Origin: Amoebophrya sp. A120
Lineage: Eukaryota > Protista > Dinoflagellata
Direction: 5' to 3'
Assembly: GCA_905178155.1 (NCBI GenBank)
Contig: CAJINV010000002.1
Location: 6,676,476-6,740,475 of the forward strand
Length of the DNA stretch: 64,000 nucleotides
Shown: positions 46,601 to 59,302 of the stretch, piece by piece
Numbering within the stretch: position 1 is the stretch's first letter
Layout of the letters: the number at the start of each line of letters is the position of its first letter
Notes under the pieces: model-generated
Databases searched by the model: none
Told to the model about the DNA's origin: nothing
What the model saw: only the letters and a program-made list of their open reading frames with translations
Position numbers and translations under genes: made by a program

Positions 46601-49600
46601 CACAGGTCCCGGACCTGCCTTCCCTGCCGGAGAGGGCTCAACGAACAAGCACAGTCTCGATCACGGTATCTCCGCTGCGTCGAGCGAGCACCGAAGCGGC
46701 AGCGGCCGTGTCGGATCTTCTGGAACGAGCGGAATGGGGTCTTCAGTCAGTGGTAGTGGCGTTGGATCTTCTGTGAGCGGTAGTGGCATGCTTTCCTCGG
46801 CAACCACCAGTGGCGTGCAATCTGGAATGAGCGGGAGCTCCATGCAGCGATCTTCTATAACTACTAGCGGCGTCCAATCTGGAATGAGCGGAAGCACCAA
46901 CATGCGATCTTCTGCAACTACTAGCGGTGTGCAATCTGGAATGAGCGGAAGCACCATGCGATCTTCTGCAACTACTAGCGGCGTGCAGTCTGGAATGAGC
47001 GGAAGCAACATGCGATCTTCTGCAACTACTAGCGGCGTGCAATCTGGAATGAGCGGGAGTACCATGTCCATGCGATCTTCCGCAACTATCAGCGGGGTGC
47101 AATCTGGAATGAGTGGGAGCGGTATACAATCCACAATGAGTGGCAAAAGTGGAGGTATCCAGTCCTCCATGACCGGGAGTAGCATGCCATCTTCCGCGAG
47201 CGGTTCCAGTGGCATCCGATCTTCTAGGCGTACAGCAAGTGGCATGGAGTCTGGACCGATGAGTGACATGCGTTCTGGAGATAGGGCATCCAGTGGAACG
47301 TTCGGGGCGCAGTCTGCAGCCAGTAACCTGCCGCAGTCTGGGACCAGCAATCGAACCAGCGGAGGGGAGCAACCTGTGCAGAGCGGGATGTTGGGCTCAA
47401 CCACGTCTACCGCGCGGCTAAGCGGCGAATCGGGTCAGACTCAGAGCGGTCTGCAAAGTATTGCCCCAGGGTCTGATCGTCCAGGGTCTTTTGCAGTAGA
47501 TTCCTCCGCGACCATCGCTGAGGAGGCCCACAAGATCTTGAGTTCATCTTCAGGACGAAAAAAACAGATGCTCCGGAGGTCGAGCGACCGGCCTTCGCAG
47601 TCGACTGTGCAAAGCGAGGGCGCACCACCAGAAAACCGCACGGAGCAGATTTTCGGGAAACAGGAGCTGTCTCCGCGGGGCCAGATGCTGAGAGTGAAGC
47701 CCTCCGCGAGTGCCTCGGGATTGAGCATCACAAGTGGACAGAGTGGGGCCTATAACAGCCTTAAGTCATCCAGGGCCACAGGGGATGACAGCACAACGAA
47801 TAAGGGCAACCACAGTCCTCCAGGGCCGGCCCAGATGGACCTCCTCCAAGGCAGCTTACCGAATAAGCACCAAAAGGATCAGCTAGGTGCCTCGGCCGGC
47901 GGCGCGGGCGGTGCTCCTTTCATTTTCTCGTCCTCCTCCAGTGGCGCGAGCGACGCCCCGGCATTGACATCGAGCAGCGGCACGGGGCTCGGCGGCACAC
48001 AGCTGACCGGCAGCATGCCGTTCGGGACCGGGAGCACGGGGAGTCTCTCCGCCTCCTCCCGCAGGGCGCCCAGAGAAGGCGGATTTCAGAAGAACCAAGT
48101 GCCCGCCCGGCAGCACCTCGACCAGGCGGGGGTTGGCCCCGGGGGCGTGCGGTTCAGCCCGGTTTACAACTACCGGAACAACGTCCCCGCGGGGCCGGGC
48201 TACAACCAGTCGGGCATGCAGTTTCGCGGGGCGGACGTGGTGCAGGAGCAAAAGGACCCGAATTGGCTGCACAAGGACAAGCCGCAGCCGAAATTGGTGA
48301 ATTTCCAGCCCATGAACCCGGTGTACGGCGGGATAGGGAATCAAGAAACAACCCAGCAATTCCAGACCTTGGAGCACCTGCAGCCGCAGCACGGGGCGGC
48401 CAACTCGATTTACGGGGGCTTCAAGGAAAAAAACCGGCTCGATTTCTTCGACCGCCGCATCGGAGGGGTGGACGAATTCGGCATCGACCTGTACGCGCAA
48501 CAGCGCAAGATGGGGGACGGGGAGTACTTGGAGGTGGACCCCCTGCACGGCTCGCACCAGCAGAACTTCGTGGAGCGGGACCAGTTTGTGATGTACGAGC
48601 AGCAGGGCGCGACGGAGAAGTTCGCGCGGAACAAGGCGGGCACCGGGGCGGACTACCTGGCCGGGGACCATCAGCATCAGCAGATGGTGGCTCCGGGGCG
48701 GCAGGTGGAGCGCAAGTTGAAGCACATCGTGCCCGGGTCGGTGCCGCAGGAGAAGGACGTGCAGTACAAGCGTGGGCCGAACTACCGGATCCTGTCCAAG
48801 GGCGGAGACCAGGACTGGAACGCGTCGATGCGGCAGGGCGTACAGTTATCCTGTTGTTGAAAAACGTCTCTGTGAGGACCCCGACCCCGTAGTCAAGTTG
48901 TAGATGAGAATTCGAATTGTTGTTGCGCATGACAAATCCGGGCTCGTAGTGTAGTCGTGGTAGCGAGTGCAGCCGCATGGCAGGTAGATCATCTATATCA
49001 TGTTCCTAGCGTGACAAACACCGAGACGGGACTAGTGAACGCTCCTCAGGAGGCTACGCATGACGAGAAACTTTCAAGTCATGTCGATTTGCATGACCAT
49101 CACCATGACATAGATGGAGCGGGGGGGACGTTTTCCCTGTTGATAGCAGTTCAACCCGGCAGCGATGGACGCGAACCGCGTGGATTCCCCCCAGACTGTC
49201 GCCCAGGCAGGCGACTGGATGCGGGGGGACACGCCGTTGTACATGCCCGGGGAGAAAATGACGGAGTTTCTCACCGCGGATCAGGCGCGGCACCGAACCC
49301 GGTACCTCGACGCCGTGCAAAAGCAACACGCGAAGTGGGAGCTGCCCGAGCCGGATCTGAGCCTGGTTCCCCCAAACCAGCGCACCGCGGAGATGCAACG
49401 CCGCGAGCAAATGAAGAACTACGCGCCGAAGGTGAATGACGCCTTCGGGCTGCAGCAGCGGGTGCAGATGGCAAGAGAGCTTGGGCTGGACGAGGCGCCG
49501 GCCATGGCGACCGGGGTGAGCGGCGCGGCGGGCAGCGTGGCCATTCCTCCCTACTACACCACCCCGCGGCTCGGGACAGCAGCACGCCCGGTACCTGTTG

Positions 49601-52600
49601 GGAGCGGAAGTGCAGCTGCGCCGATGTCGGTCCAGAGCGGAATGTCAAGTGGCCCTCGCGTCGCTGGAGTTGGGAGCACCGTGGTGCAACCGGCAGAGAG
49701 CATCATCGACCAGCACCAAGAGCAGGCGAGGGCGATGGGAAGATCCGGCAGCGGTCCGCCACCCCCCATGGTCACCGGCTCGATGAACATGGGCGGCGCG
49801 ACCGCCAGTGGGACCAAAATGAGCACCCGGCTCGGCGTGGCTTCTCTGAGCCCAAGTCTGTCGCAGCAGACGGGCAGCGGGAAGGGCAAGCAGAAGCAGA
49901 GATACCCCGACTTTCCCGCGAACACGTACCAAACAACCAACCTCTCCCCTGGCGCGATGGCGCAGGTGCCGACGTACGTGCCCGCGCGCCCGAAAATGAC
50001 GTATGAGCAAAAAGACTTCAAGTGGGGCATGAACGCGACCTACGCCCAGCAAATGACCGCGCAGGGGTACAGCGGAACATTAAACGCGCCCGACCGGCCG
50101 GATTTGGGGATTAAGGATCCGAGACTGAACGCAAAGGTCCTGGAATACCTCGCCCGGGACGACAACGAAGTGAATTTATCGGAAAGGCTCCAGACCGTGG
50201 TTGCGCAGAACCAGATCATCCGGCAACTCGGGGTGATCCCGCTGGAGTTCGACTCCCTGGACGCGCTGCACCCGCGCAACTTAGAGGTGATGAAGCAGAC
50301 CATCTACCCCACCATGGCGAACGACCACATGGCGGTCGCCTGGATGGAGCGCGGGCACGTGCAGCGGCGGGGGATCTTCGACAACCGCATGGACCACGAG
50401 GCGGATGAGTACACTACGCATGTCGATGACGAGGAGATCCAGAAGATGCTGCGGGAGATCATCCAGCCCGGGCACCGGGGGAGCTTCCACGACCGGTTGG
50501 ATGAGCGGCAGCTGCACTTGAACACAACGAAGGAGAATTTGAATCCCTACTTGTTAGCTCGTCCGATCACGACGGACGGGCGGTTGAAGTCCGCTCCGAT
50601 CCGGAACAAGCAGTTGGAGAAGATCATCGCGGAATGCGAGGCGGAGCTGATCAACATCGAGCACGACATCCCGGAGATTCCGTCTTTCGTCGAAACCTAC
50701 AAGTACGGGGAAGTCGAGGGCTTCCGGCTCGGCGACATGGAGAGCCTGTTCCACGGGGTGCAGGACGACCCCGCGATCGAGAAGGAGAACCGGCTCCGGT
50801 GGCTCAGTCCGTCCTCCGGCCGCGTGCGGGCCGGGTCCTTCGAGGCGATCATGCACGAGCTGAAAATGTCGGATAAAATGGACATGGCCGCGGTGAAGCG
50901 GGGCGAGCGGGAAACGAGCAGGAGTTACACGTCGCGAAAGCTGGAGGCGATCGCGAAAGTCCCGGGATTTAACGACGAGTACGATGCGCTGCAAATGTTT
51001 CCGGAGTTCACCGAGGCGATGGAAACGGGGAAGACCATTTTGGAGGAGCAAGCGGAAGTGTACAGGCAACGGGAGCAGGAGGCCATGGACGCCTATCGCC
51101 GGAAAAAAATGGAGGGTGGAAAGGTGACTAACGTGAGCAGCGCAGTCGTGAGTGGACAACTACAGGCGGCGGAAGGGGAGGACAACATGGCTTCGATGGC
51201 ATCAGGGATGTCCTCGACGGGTTCAGCAGCAGCGCGAGCTTCCACAGCGTCCACTGGGAGTAGTGCCGCGGGTCAAGAAGCTCCTGCTGCACCTCCGCGG
51301 AAACCAACGCAGAACAATTTAAGCGGTGCTATGGGCGAGGGAATGAGCCTTGGCCCGCAGGTTGCGTTGTTTTACGACGAGGACGACGAACGGCCGTCTC
51401 GCGGCCGGTCGGACATCTTGGGCTCCGCGGGGATTGTTGATGACGACGTGGCGGGCGCAGCCAACATGGTCAGCATGTTCACCGGGGACGACGACGACCC
51501 GGCCGGACACAAGATGGCCGCCAATTATGTTGACGCCACGCAGGAGCGACCGGTGATACAGCGCCCGACGGCGATACCGCCGAACGCCGTGGGGGGTGTG
51601 GGGGAAGTCATGATGAACCCGAATGCGCCCGCCCCGAGATCATTATACAGCGAGGGCAACCAGCAGCCCCCGAGTTCCACACATGCGCACTACCCGGGCA
51701 GCAAAGTTTCTGGAAATAGTAGAATAGGAAGCGGTCAAAATACTAAAGGCCCTTCATCGAAAAAGGCAACGGAACCCTACGCGGGCAGCAAAGTGTACTC
51801 GCAGCACCGCGACTCGTTCGCGAAACGGCAGCAGCGGGACCGCGACACGTCGTTGCGGCATTTGAGCCGGGACGAAAATGTGTTGGACGCGACGAACAAC
51901 AACAGTTCGCTCGACCGGGTGGGGAGAAACGACGCGACGTACCTGAAAGGGTTGGACCCGTACACGAAGGGCAAGCTGTTCGGGAACGAACAATCGATCG
52001 GCTCGCGCGCGGGTCTGGGCTGGAAGGATTTGCAACCGAACGCGCGCAAGAGGGACCGGGACCTCGACCGATTGGAGAACGAGATCCAGAAATCGATCTG
52101 GAACGCGTCTTTGAAAGTGGAAGACTTGGAAGCGAAGGACGACGCGGTCCCGGACAGCTTTCAGGAGCAGGTGCCGCAGTCGAAGCGCGCGTTCGCGGCT
52201 TTTCTGGAGCGGTTCTGGCAGTTGGCATGCACCACAAATTACCACCTGGAATTGCGAGTAAATCTGTTGAAGCAGATTGTCGCCAAGGAAGCGAGGTACG
52301 AAACGTTAACCAGGGAAGAACTGGAACTACTGGACTGCAACAAGCCTGAGGAGGTTTTCGGCTTCTTCGAGAGCTCGATGCACACAGGGCAAAGAACCCG
52401 CGCACGGCATTTTGAGGGCCTGACGCGGCGCGCGAGACGGAATTTGGAGGAGGAACACGTCTCCGTCGCGGCGATGGACTACAACGACATCATGGATGAG
52501 AAGTTGAACCTCGAGCAGGAAATGAAGCAGCTGGTCGAGCAAAACGAGCAATTGGTCGCGTTGGAGAAGCACGAGCGCCGGCTGATGGAGCAGGACATGC

Positions 52601-55346
52601 GGGAAATGCTGCACCAGACGCTGGTCTGGTGGGACACGTATAAACTGCAAAAGCATCGCACTCGTATAAATGCATATACAAATACTCTCAGCGTCAGAAA
52701 TAAAATTTGTAATGCGGATTTACCATACGAAAATGCATGACTGCAATACGAGTGCGATACTTTTGCACAGGATAACACGTTGCGCAACCGGATTCTGGCC
52801 AAAGAGGAGGAGAACAGCACCATCTTGGAGCAGGAAGTGCACCGGTTGCGGTTCCTATCCACAGTAAATTTCCCGTACACGTACAAATTCGGAATCTGCA
52901 TGACAAAACTTGGGCTCTGCAAGGTAGCGAAACTTGTCATGCATTTTGTATGCCCATGTACAGGAAATTTACATTGCATAGCTCCAGTTCGAGGACTACG
53001 CGAGCCACGAGGGCCGGTTCCGGGAGGAGTACGCCGCGTACCTGCGGGACCGGTCCGGCGTCGCGAAGGACCTGCAGCACATGCTGGGCTTGTGCACGGT
53101 TTCCGAGGCCGCCACGATCCGGAAGGAAACGAAGATGGTGCGGCAGAAAACGCATCTGCTGGAGATCTTGCTCGACGCGCTGGAGGAGATCCGGTCGGTG
53201 AGATCGATGTACTACAACTTGGAACATTTCAGCAAACTGCCGGAATACTGGCGCGGCCAGGAAAACGCGGTGGGCGTCGACGCGCACAAACACGACAAAG
53301 ACGTGGGCTTCTACGAAAACACGGTGGACAAGCTGATCAACCGGTACAAGCCGTGGGAATTGGAGCGGGACAAACACCGGCGGCCCGGGGATGTTGCGCA
53401 CAAGACCTCCGATTTCGTCTCCGCGGGGCAGGAGGTGGCGAGCCGGGTGTTGGAGAAGATCAACGACAAGGCGGGGATCACGAATAACACCAAGGGCGCG
53501 AGGTACAAGTCGGCCCGACAGTCGATTGAGAAGCAAATCAGCGACTTGGCAACCGTGTTCTACAACATGCGGCACCGGATTTTTTCGGAGGACTTTGACA
53601 TTGCGCGGTGCGCCTACAAGGCGGGTTTAGCCGCCGCCAAGGCCCTGCCAATCATTGAGTCTCCGGTGCCGTTGTCGGTGCACCAAATACGACGAGAGCA
53701 GAAAAGCTTAATGGAGTTGCTGGACAACTACACGGCAGTGGAGCACTTGTATGAAATTCTAGTTCTTTCTGATGAATTTAGCTTTGCGACATCGGTTTGA
53801 TGATGTTTGTGATTCAGTTCTTGAACGAATCTTGGGATTAGGTTTTCCACGTCGCTACGGCGTTTTTCATGAAGCAGTCACGTGTTGTACTTAACAGGAC
53901 TAGCTGCCTTTCTCAGATGCATCCGTACAGTGGTACAGTTCTTTTTCGTCCTCTCTTCTCCACAGGTACAGCTCGGACCCGGCGATATCGCAGAACTTTC
54001 CGAAAGTGCTCAAGTGCCGCCTCGAGCTGCTCCGCCGCTGTTTGGACACGATCGGCGGCGGCGACGTCGACCGTCTCGCCTCCGGAATCCCGTTGCACAT
54101 CCGCGCGATCACCATGGGCGCGCAGGACAAGGACATGGGTGAGCTCGGGAAGAGGGGCGAGAAAGTGCCCTTGGACAACTCGAAAACCGGGCAACCCGGC
54201 TCCGACATGTGGAAATCGCCCGGTCTCGACGAGGCGGATGATTGGAGCCAGTCGAAGAATCCGTACCTGCAGAACTTGAAAGAAGTTCCCCGCGACGTGC
54301 TCTGGGGCGGCCCGGTGAAACGGCCGAAGCCCAAGGACTACCAGGCGAAGGCCAAACCGAAGGCGAAGCGCCGGAGGAAGCCCAAGCACCACTTCGGCGG
54401 CGGCGACGACCCGTCGAGCGAAGGCGATGGCAGCAGCAGCAGTAGTTCTAGTGCCAGTAGCAGCACTGCCTCCGAATCCTCCTCGTCCTCGGAGGATTCC
54501 TCGGAGGAGGAACAATCCGAAGTGCAGAGTTCCGTGCGGCAGAGCTCCCAGCGCGACGGCAAAAAACCGAAGAAGCGGGCTCAGTCGAAGAACGGGCCGA
54601 GTACGAAGAACATCGTCAGCAACAGCGCTATCGAGGGCTCAGTGCGCCAGAGCTCGCGGAAATCCGACAAGGGCGGGAAGCGTGGTAAGGACAAGGTCAA
54701 AATCAAGGCCGGCGCACACAAGGACGAGAAATCAAACATCAAGTCCGGCGGCAGCTCGGAAAGTTCATCGTCCAGCGACAGTGAGTCCTCCTCCGGGCAG
54801 CGCCCCTCCGGGGCGACGGCGAAGGCGAAAGCCAAGCCGAGAGCGAAGTCGCGGACGTCAGCCAACATCATGTCGAACGACAAGCCGGGTGGACAACGCG
54901 GGGGAGGCGCGAAAGGCGCGACGGACCGGATCTCGTTCGTGCCGCGCCCCTCCGCGGCATCAGAAGTCGATGCGGTGGACAGCGACCTGCCACAGATTCC
55001 GAGCATGACCGGGTCCATGATGGGGTCCGCGACGGAGGACATTCCCGTCGCCGGACCGGGCCGAGGGAAAGAATTCAAGTCGGGCGTGGCCATGCCGGAC
55101 AAAAACTCCCCGCTCGGGCGGCTGAGCGGCCGCACCACCGGGCAGAGCGTCGTCACCGCGGGATCGCCGAGCCAGCGGTCCATTCCGGAGTCGGCGATTC
55201 GGGCGTCCAGCAGCTCGAGTTCGTCCTCCTCCACCAGCGGCGCGAGCCAAAGCAAGAGCGCCGGACCCTCGGTAGGTGGGGGCGTCGGGGGAAGTGGAAG
55301 CGGGAGTGGCAGCGGAAGCGGAAGTGGGAGCAGTAGTGACTCGTGA
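43671..55346 (+). CDS. Giant, largely disordered hypothetical protein (~3627 aa) with a coiled-coil/helical region. Exons 43671-48846, 49151-52638, 52780-52855, 52986-53748, 53966-55346
   Basis: Five ORF segments join in frame (10884 nt). Ser/Gly/Gln-rich, with a heptad-like Glu/Leu/Gln region at ~52400-52850. Confidence 0.78.
46790..47120 (+). repeat. Coding tandem repeat (54-60 bp units) encoding SSATTSGVQSGMSGS(T/N)MR, six copies
   Basis: Repeated ACTAGCGGCGTGCAATCTGGAATGAGCGG; all unit lengths preserve the frame. Confidence 0.9.
48847..49145. mobile_element. Introner, singleton (299 bp)
   Basis: TATC...AAAACGTC / GACGTTTT...GATA; TSD ACAGT/GCAGT (mismatch at a wobble position). Removing 304 nt gives GVQF-NPAAMD. 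Confidence 0.82.
52639..52774. mobile_element. Introner family A copy in reverse orientation (136 bp)
   Basis: Ends CGATACTTTTGCACAGGATA, the reverse complement of the family A start; TSD ACACG. Removing 141 nt gives WWDT-LRNR. Confidence 0.92.
52856..52980. mobile_element. Introner, singleton (125 bp)
   Basis: TIR TATCCACAGTAAATTTCCCGTACA / TGTACAGGAAATTTACATTGCATA; TSD GTTCC/GCTCC. Removing 130 nt gives R(F/L)QFEDYAS...QHMLG. Confidence 0.88.
53749..53965 (+). other. Canonical GT-AG intron (217 nt)
   Basis: TT|GTATGA...CTCTCTTCTCCACAG|G with a strong pyrimidine tract; gives EHL-YSSDP. Confidence 0.82.
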
Positions 55347-56556
55347 GGGCGATGAAAAAAATTTTAAGAAATTATATATGTGTTTCCAGAAATTTTGTAG
55401 CAGCGCCAGAAAGTTGAAACACGTATTACTCCAGAGAACTTTAGTTTGTTAGATAGCATACGTATTGCAGGTATTCACTTCTACGGTTTCCAAAAAGATT
55501 CTCATGACTTTTCTTCTATCTTCCTTGTACGAGCGTGTAAAATTAAATTCCAACCAACCATGCAGTTATCATCGTGTACATCGTCTGTGCTCACTTTTAT
55601 CGAAAAATTCTTCACTGAGAAACAAACCCAGAAATGACATGATCCTGCTCATTGTACAGTGATTGAATGAAAGCTTACTGCTCTATCTAATCATCATCCT
55701 ATATCGAAGATCCTTGTCGTCGTGTAACTACTCGTCCTAATGTTTCCGACGTAACGAACAAAACGTGGGGTAGACAGACCCCGCATTTCTGTGCTTCCTA
55801 GAAATGATAAAACGTATTTGTTTCTGTTTGCACATGATCTTATTTGTACACAACCTAACGAACAAGTACAAGACGACTGAACACCGATTGTTCGTGCCGC
55901 ACCCTGCATTCCTCTGAAATTTCTTCGTGTTCACCAGTACCACGTCTAGGACGCTGTCGGGATGCTTGTATTTTATTCCTTCATTCAGGGAAGTCACGTT
56001 CGTTGGCTCCGTCGTGAACTGAAGGATGACTTGAAAAATCGGTCGCGTCCTCGGCGTGGTCGCGGGCATGACAAGATGGGAAACCAAAACGGAGATCTTG
56101 ACAACACAACCCAGAGTAAGTTTTGTCGATCAGGACGATTTTGTTTGGCTTCTCGTGCTAGTGATGACAAATTGTCATCTGAATTTATTTTGCTGCTGTA
56201 CTGCTACTTGCTGTTGCTACCACGTCCACGTAGATTTTCTCTCGTGTCTTGGCAGCAGCTTGTTGTTGTTCGTGCCAATGAAAGAAATGCTACTACTAAC
56301 TTGCGAGGTCGAAGATGAAGATCTAGGCGCTCAGATGAAGCGAGTTTCATTTTCTCTCGCGATCTAGTACTTCATTATCGTTTGCCATTTCTGAGGCGAT
56401 CTGGATCTTGATCTGCATACTGTAAGTATTCTCAAGTTGTACAGATCTAACTTTGCCAAGTAGCTCGGTCGGGAACTACTTTCACAGTCGAGGATATCGG
56501 TATACTTTTGTGTCTTATTCCTTTTTGAATCTCGAGCCTCGAAGAACAGCAAGCCC

Positions 56557-58866
56557 ATGTCGTCATCGCCGGCAATTGTTGCAGAGTTGATGTCACATTT
56601 CTTATTCTTGCCACTACATTTCTTGAAGTGGCCGCGGCTGCGCTCCCTGCCCGCACATCTCATGGTCTGGACAATGGGAACGACGCTTGCGGCGTTACTC
56701 TTCGTTTGCGGGGGCGAAAATGTGCAGGAGGTGAAGGCCAACGAGGAGCATGCGCTTGCGTTCCACCAAGGTGGTACGTCGAGAGGGCATACGCTGGCAG
56801 ATGAAGATCACAGCCCACTGGCGGCGCTGCAACGGCCCGGAGGCGAACAGTCCTCGCAGCTGCTTTCCGACCGCGTTCCTGCGCTCTCCAAAGGTAGTAG
56901 CGAGGAGCAGAACGAGGTGCGGACGCCGGAAGACGATGTCGTGGCGCCAGCATATTTCGAGCACGAAACACTGCGACCACCGCTGTTCGAGGGCGCGCAG
57001 TTTGATACAGCGGAAGAGTTTCTGCAGAGCAATGCAGAAGTACAGTATGCGTCTGAAGGGTGGTCGGCTACGCGGGTCGGGAACGAGGAGCAACAGGAAC
57101 GCCGACAGACGAGAACTCCCTCTACCTCCCCCACCAACGAAAACGACATCGAGGATCTGGGTAGAGACTTTGTGGACCACAAGCAGCAGGAGTGGCTTCA
57201 GATTGGAGGATATGCCGCAGCAAAAAAGAGAAGCAGAGCCGCGGATGCCACTGCCATGGGAGGGCCGAGTGAGGACCTACGACTTCCGATGGAGCAGCAA
57301 ATTTTCCAGATGCAGCAGGAGATGGCAATGCTCCGGGCGGAGATGCAGCAGAAGATTGCAATGCTCGAGGCGAACGCCACTGCCTGCATGAACAACGTGA
57401 CCGACCTTGTGAGCGCGAGCACAGATATTCGCCACGCCGGGGCGGTCGTGGAGGAGGCTAGTGGACTGCTTTTGGCGCAGATGTTTACTGTGTGGTGGGT
57501 GGATTACACTGGCGCTGTGGTGTACCTCCTTTCCGGGTTCGCGGCTTTGCTCATTGTCGTCGCACTGCCGGTTCGCTTGGTCTTTTTTCCCAGGGAATAC
57601 AGCCAACAAGAGGAAGTAGAATCGGAGGGCGGCGGGGATGTCACTCCGGAACCAGAGCAGGGGGCAACCGCCGTGGCAGATGGTGACCAAGCAGACCTTG
57701 TTTCGGCCGACCGCCCGAAACCACCGCCGGCGAAGCCGGAGAAGTACTGGCTGCTTCCCTGGGATTTCGCCAGGAAAGGAACTTTGTCAAGTGTATGTCA
57801 GCGAGGGGACAGCACGGAGGGCAAGATTTTCACCACAGGTCTAGTGATAGCCGAAATTTGTGCACTGCTCTCGCGCTACACACTGATCGTGTACGATCGC
57901 AGCTGTGCGGGCTTTGCTACCGTGGTGGATCAAGAACTGGACAGTATAGGCACCGAGCGATCTATCGATCTGGCGCTTCGTGTGGTTTGGCTGATCCTTC
58001 CGCCTCTCCTCATGATCATCACGGCTGCGGTGCCGGGCAACAGTTTCAAGGTGAAGGGTCTGGACGCAGCTCCGACGACGACGGCAGGCAATGCAGCAGG
58101 TCCGGGAGGTAGCGCCACCCGAAATCGTGTGACGGCGATCCACGAGGACGATACTCGGATATGGTCGCAGGCACTGCATCGAAGTGTTTTGGCCGCAGTT
58201 GGGCTGCGGTTAATTTTTGAAACGCGGCAGTTGTTCCGCGAGCCTCTCGACGTCTCCGGCGTACTGTTTGGGGTGTCGGATTCGTTGGACCTGGACGAGC
58301 AACACGACCTACATTTTTGGGTGGATCTTTCCGATCAGCGAGTCGCGGCCCGATGCGGCAGCGACGCTCATCGGGCAGCCTGGGCGCAGGCCTATCGCGG
58401 CTATTACTTGGGCCGAGTGGTGTGGCTCTTTCTCGGGTGGGCCTTTTCACTACTATTCCTTGCCCTAAGCCTTGCGTGCGCATTGCAATATCGACACGCC
58501 GAGGACCGTTCAGCCAAAGACCGGGACCGTCTGCACGCTGCGGCCTATCTCGAAGACGTTCGCTTGGTTCCGCAATCGGCGAGCCTGATTCTTCCGCGGC
58601 TCTCGTTTGCAGCCGAAATTCTTGCCATGCTCACTGTGCAAGCGCTACCCTTCTGGCCCGTTCTTCTGAAGGTAATGCGGCATGGGCAAGGTGCTACTTG
58701 GAACCCGCCACTGACACCCCTCGATGTTTTGCTTAGAGTATCGTTTGAGCACTTGTCGTGGAGGCAGAATCTATCACAATGCGGGCATTACTTTGATACG
58801 GACAAGGACTGTGGCAACGATATGTTGACGGCACAGTTGTGGTTTTCACAACCTCCGGTTAGATAG
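56557..58866 (+). CDS. Hypothetical multi-pass membrane protein, 769 aa
   Basis: Long ORF with a hydrophobic N terminus, a short coiled coil (QQIFQMQQEMAML...) and about six hydrophobic segments. Confidence 0.78.
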   Translation: MSSSPAIVAELMSHFLFLPLHFLKWPRLRSLPAHLMVWTMGTTLAALLFVCGGENVQEVKANEEHALAFHQGGTSRGHTLADEDHSPLAALQRPGGEQSSQLLSDRVPALSKGSSEEQNEVRTPEDDVVAPAYFEHETLRPPLFEGAQFDTAEEFLQSNAEVQYASEGWSATRVGNEEQQERRQTRTPSTSPTNENDIEDLGRDFVDHKQQEWLQIGGYAAAKKRSRAADATAMGGPSEDLRLPMEQQIFQMQQEMAMLRAEMQQKIAMLEANATACMNNVTDLVSASTDIRHAGAVVEEASGLLLAQMFTVWWVDYTGAVVYLLSGFAALLIVVALPVRLVFFPREYSQQEEVESEGGGDVTPEPEQGATAVADGDQADLVSADRPKPPPAKPEKYWLLPWDFARKGTLSSVCQRGDSTEGKIFTTGLVIAEICALLSRYTLIVYDRSCAGFATVVDQELDSIGTERSIDLALRVVWLILPPLLMIITAAVPGNSFKVKGLDAAPTTTAGNAAGPGGSATRNRVTAIHEDDTRIWSQALHRSVLAAVGLRLIFETRQLFREPLDVSGVLFGVSDSLDLDEQHDLHFWVDLSDQRVAARCGSDAHRAAWAQAYRGYYLGRVVWLFLGWAFSLLFLALSLACALQYRHAEDRSAKDRDRLHAAAYLEDVRLVPQSASLILPRLSFAAEILAMLTVQALPFWPVLLKVMRHGQGATWNPPLTPLDVLLRVSFEHLSWRQNLSQCGHYFDTDKDCGNDMLTAQLWFSQPPVR

Positions 58867-59302
58867 TGGCTAACTTCAAACTTCTGTGCAGGCCATATGA
58901 AATTGCAACAACAGCTGCGCAGTGGAAACTGAGGAAGCTTTCGACTTTTTGTAATTCACCTGAGATCTACTACTACTTCATGTTGTAGCACTGCGCAGAG
59001 TCACTTAACTTGAGGCGTGGAAAGAGATGCGACAAAGACAAAGCTACCTGCTCCAGGAGCTTCTGCGACGCCGTGTTCAACATGTGCTTTATCGTCCAAG
59101 CAGGAGTTCCGGGGTCCACCGTCGATCAGTGCGCCTTCCCTGCGTCGATCAGTGCCGCCTTGCAAGAGCCAGCGAAGACGAAGACGAAGATCATTGGCAA
59201 ACCATTCAAGTTTCCACCTCTTCGGAGAATAGCTCGCTAAAGATCGGCTTATCCGCTTTGGATTGTCAATCCAAAGTGGAAAATAAAACCAATCGAAACT
59301 TG

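Noticed and set aside
47883-48725. Long minus-strand ORFs overlapping genes (also 7471-8241, 32521-33312, 35674-36378, 40406-41143)
   Set aside because: Antisense shadows of GC3-rich + strand coding sequence with no protein-family features.
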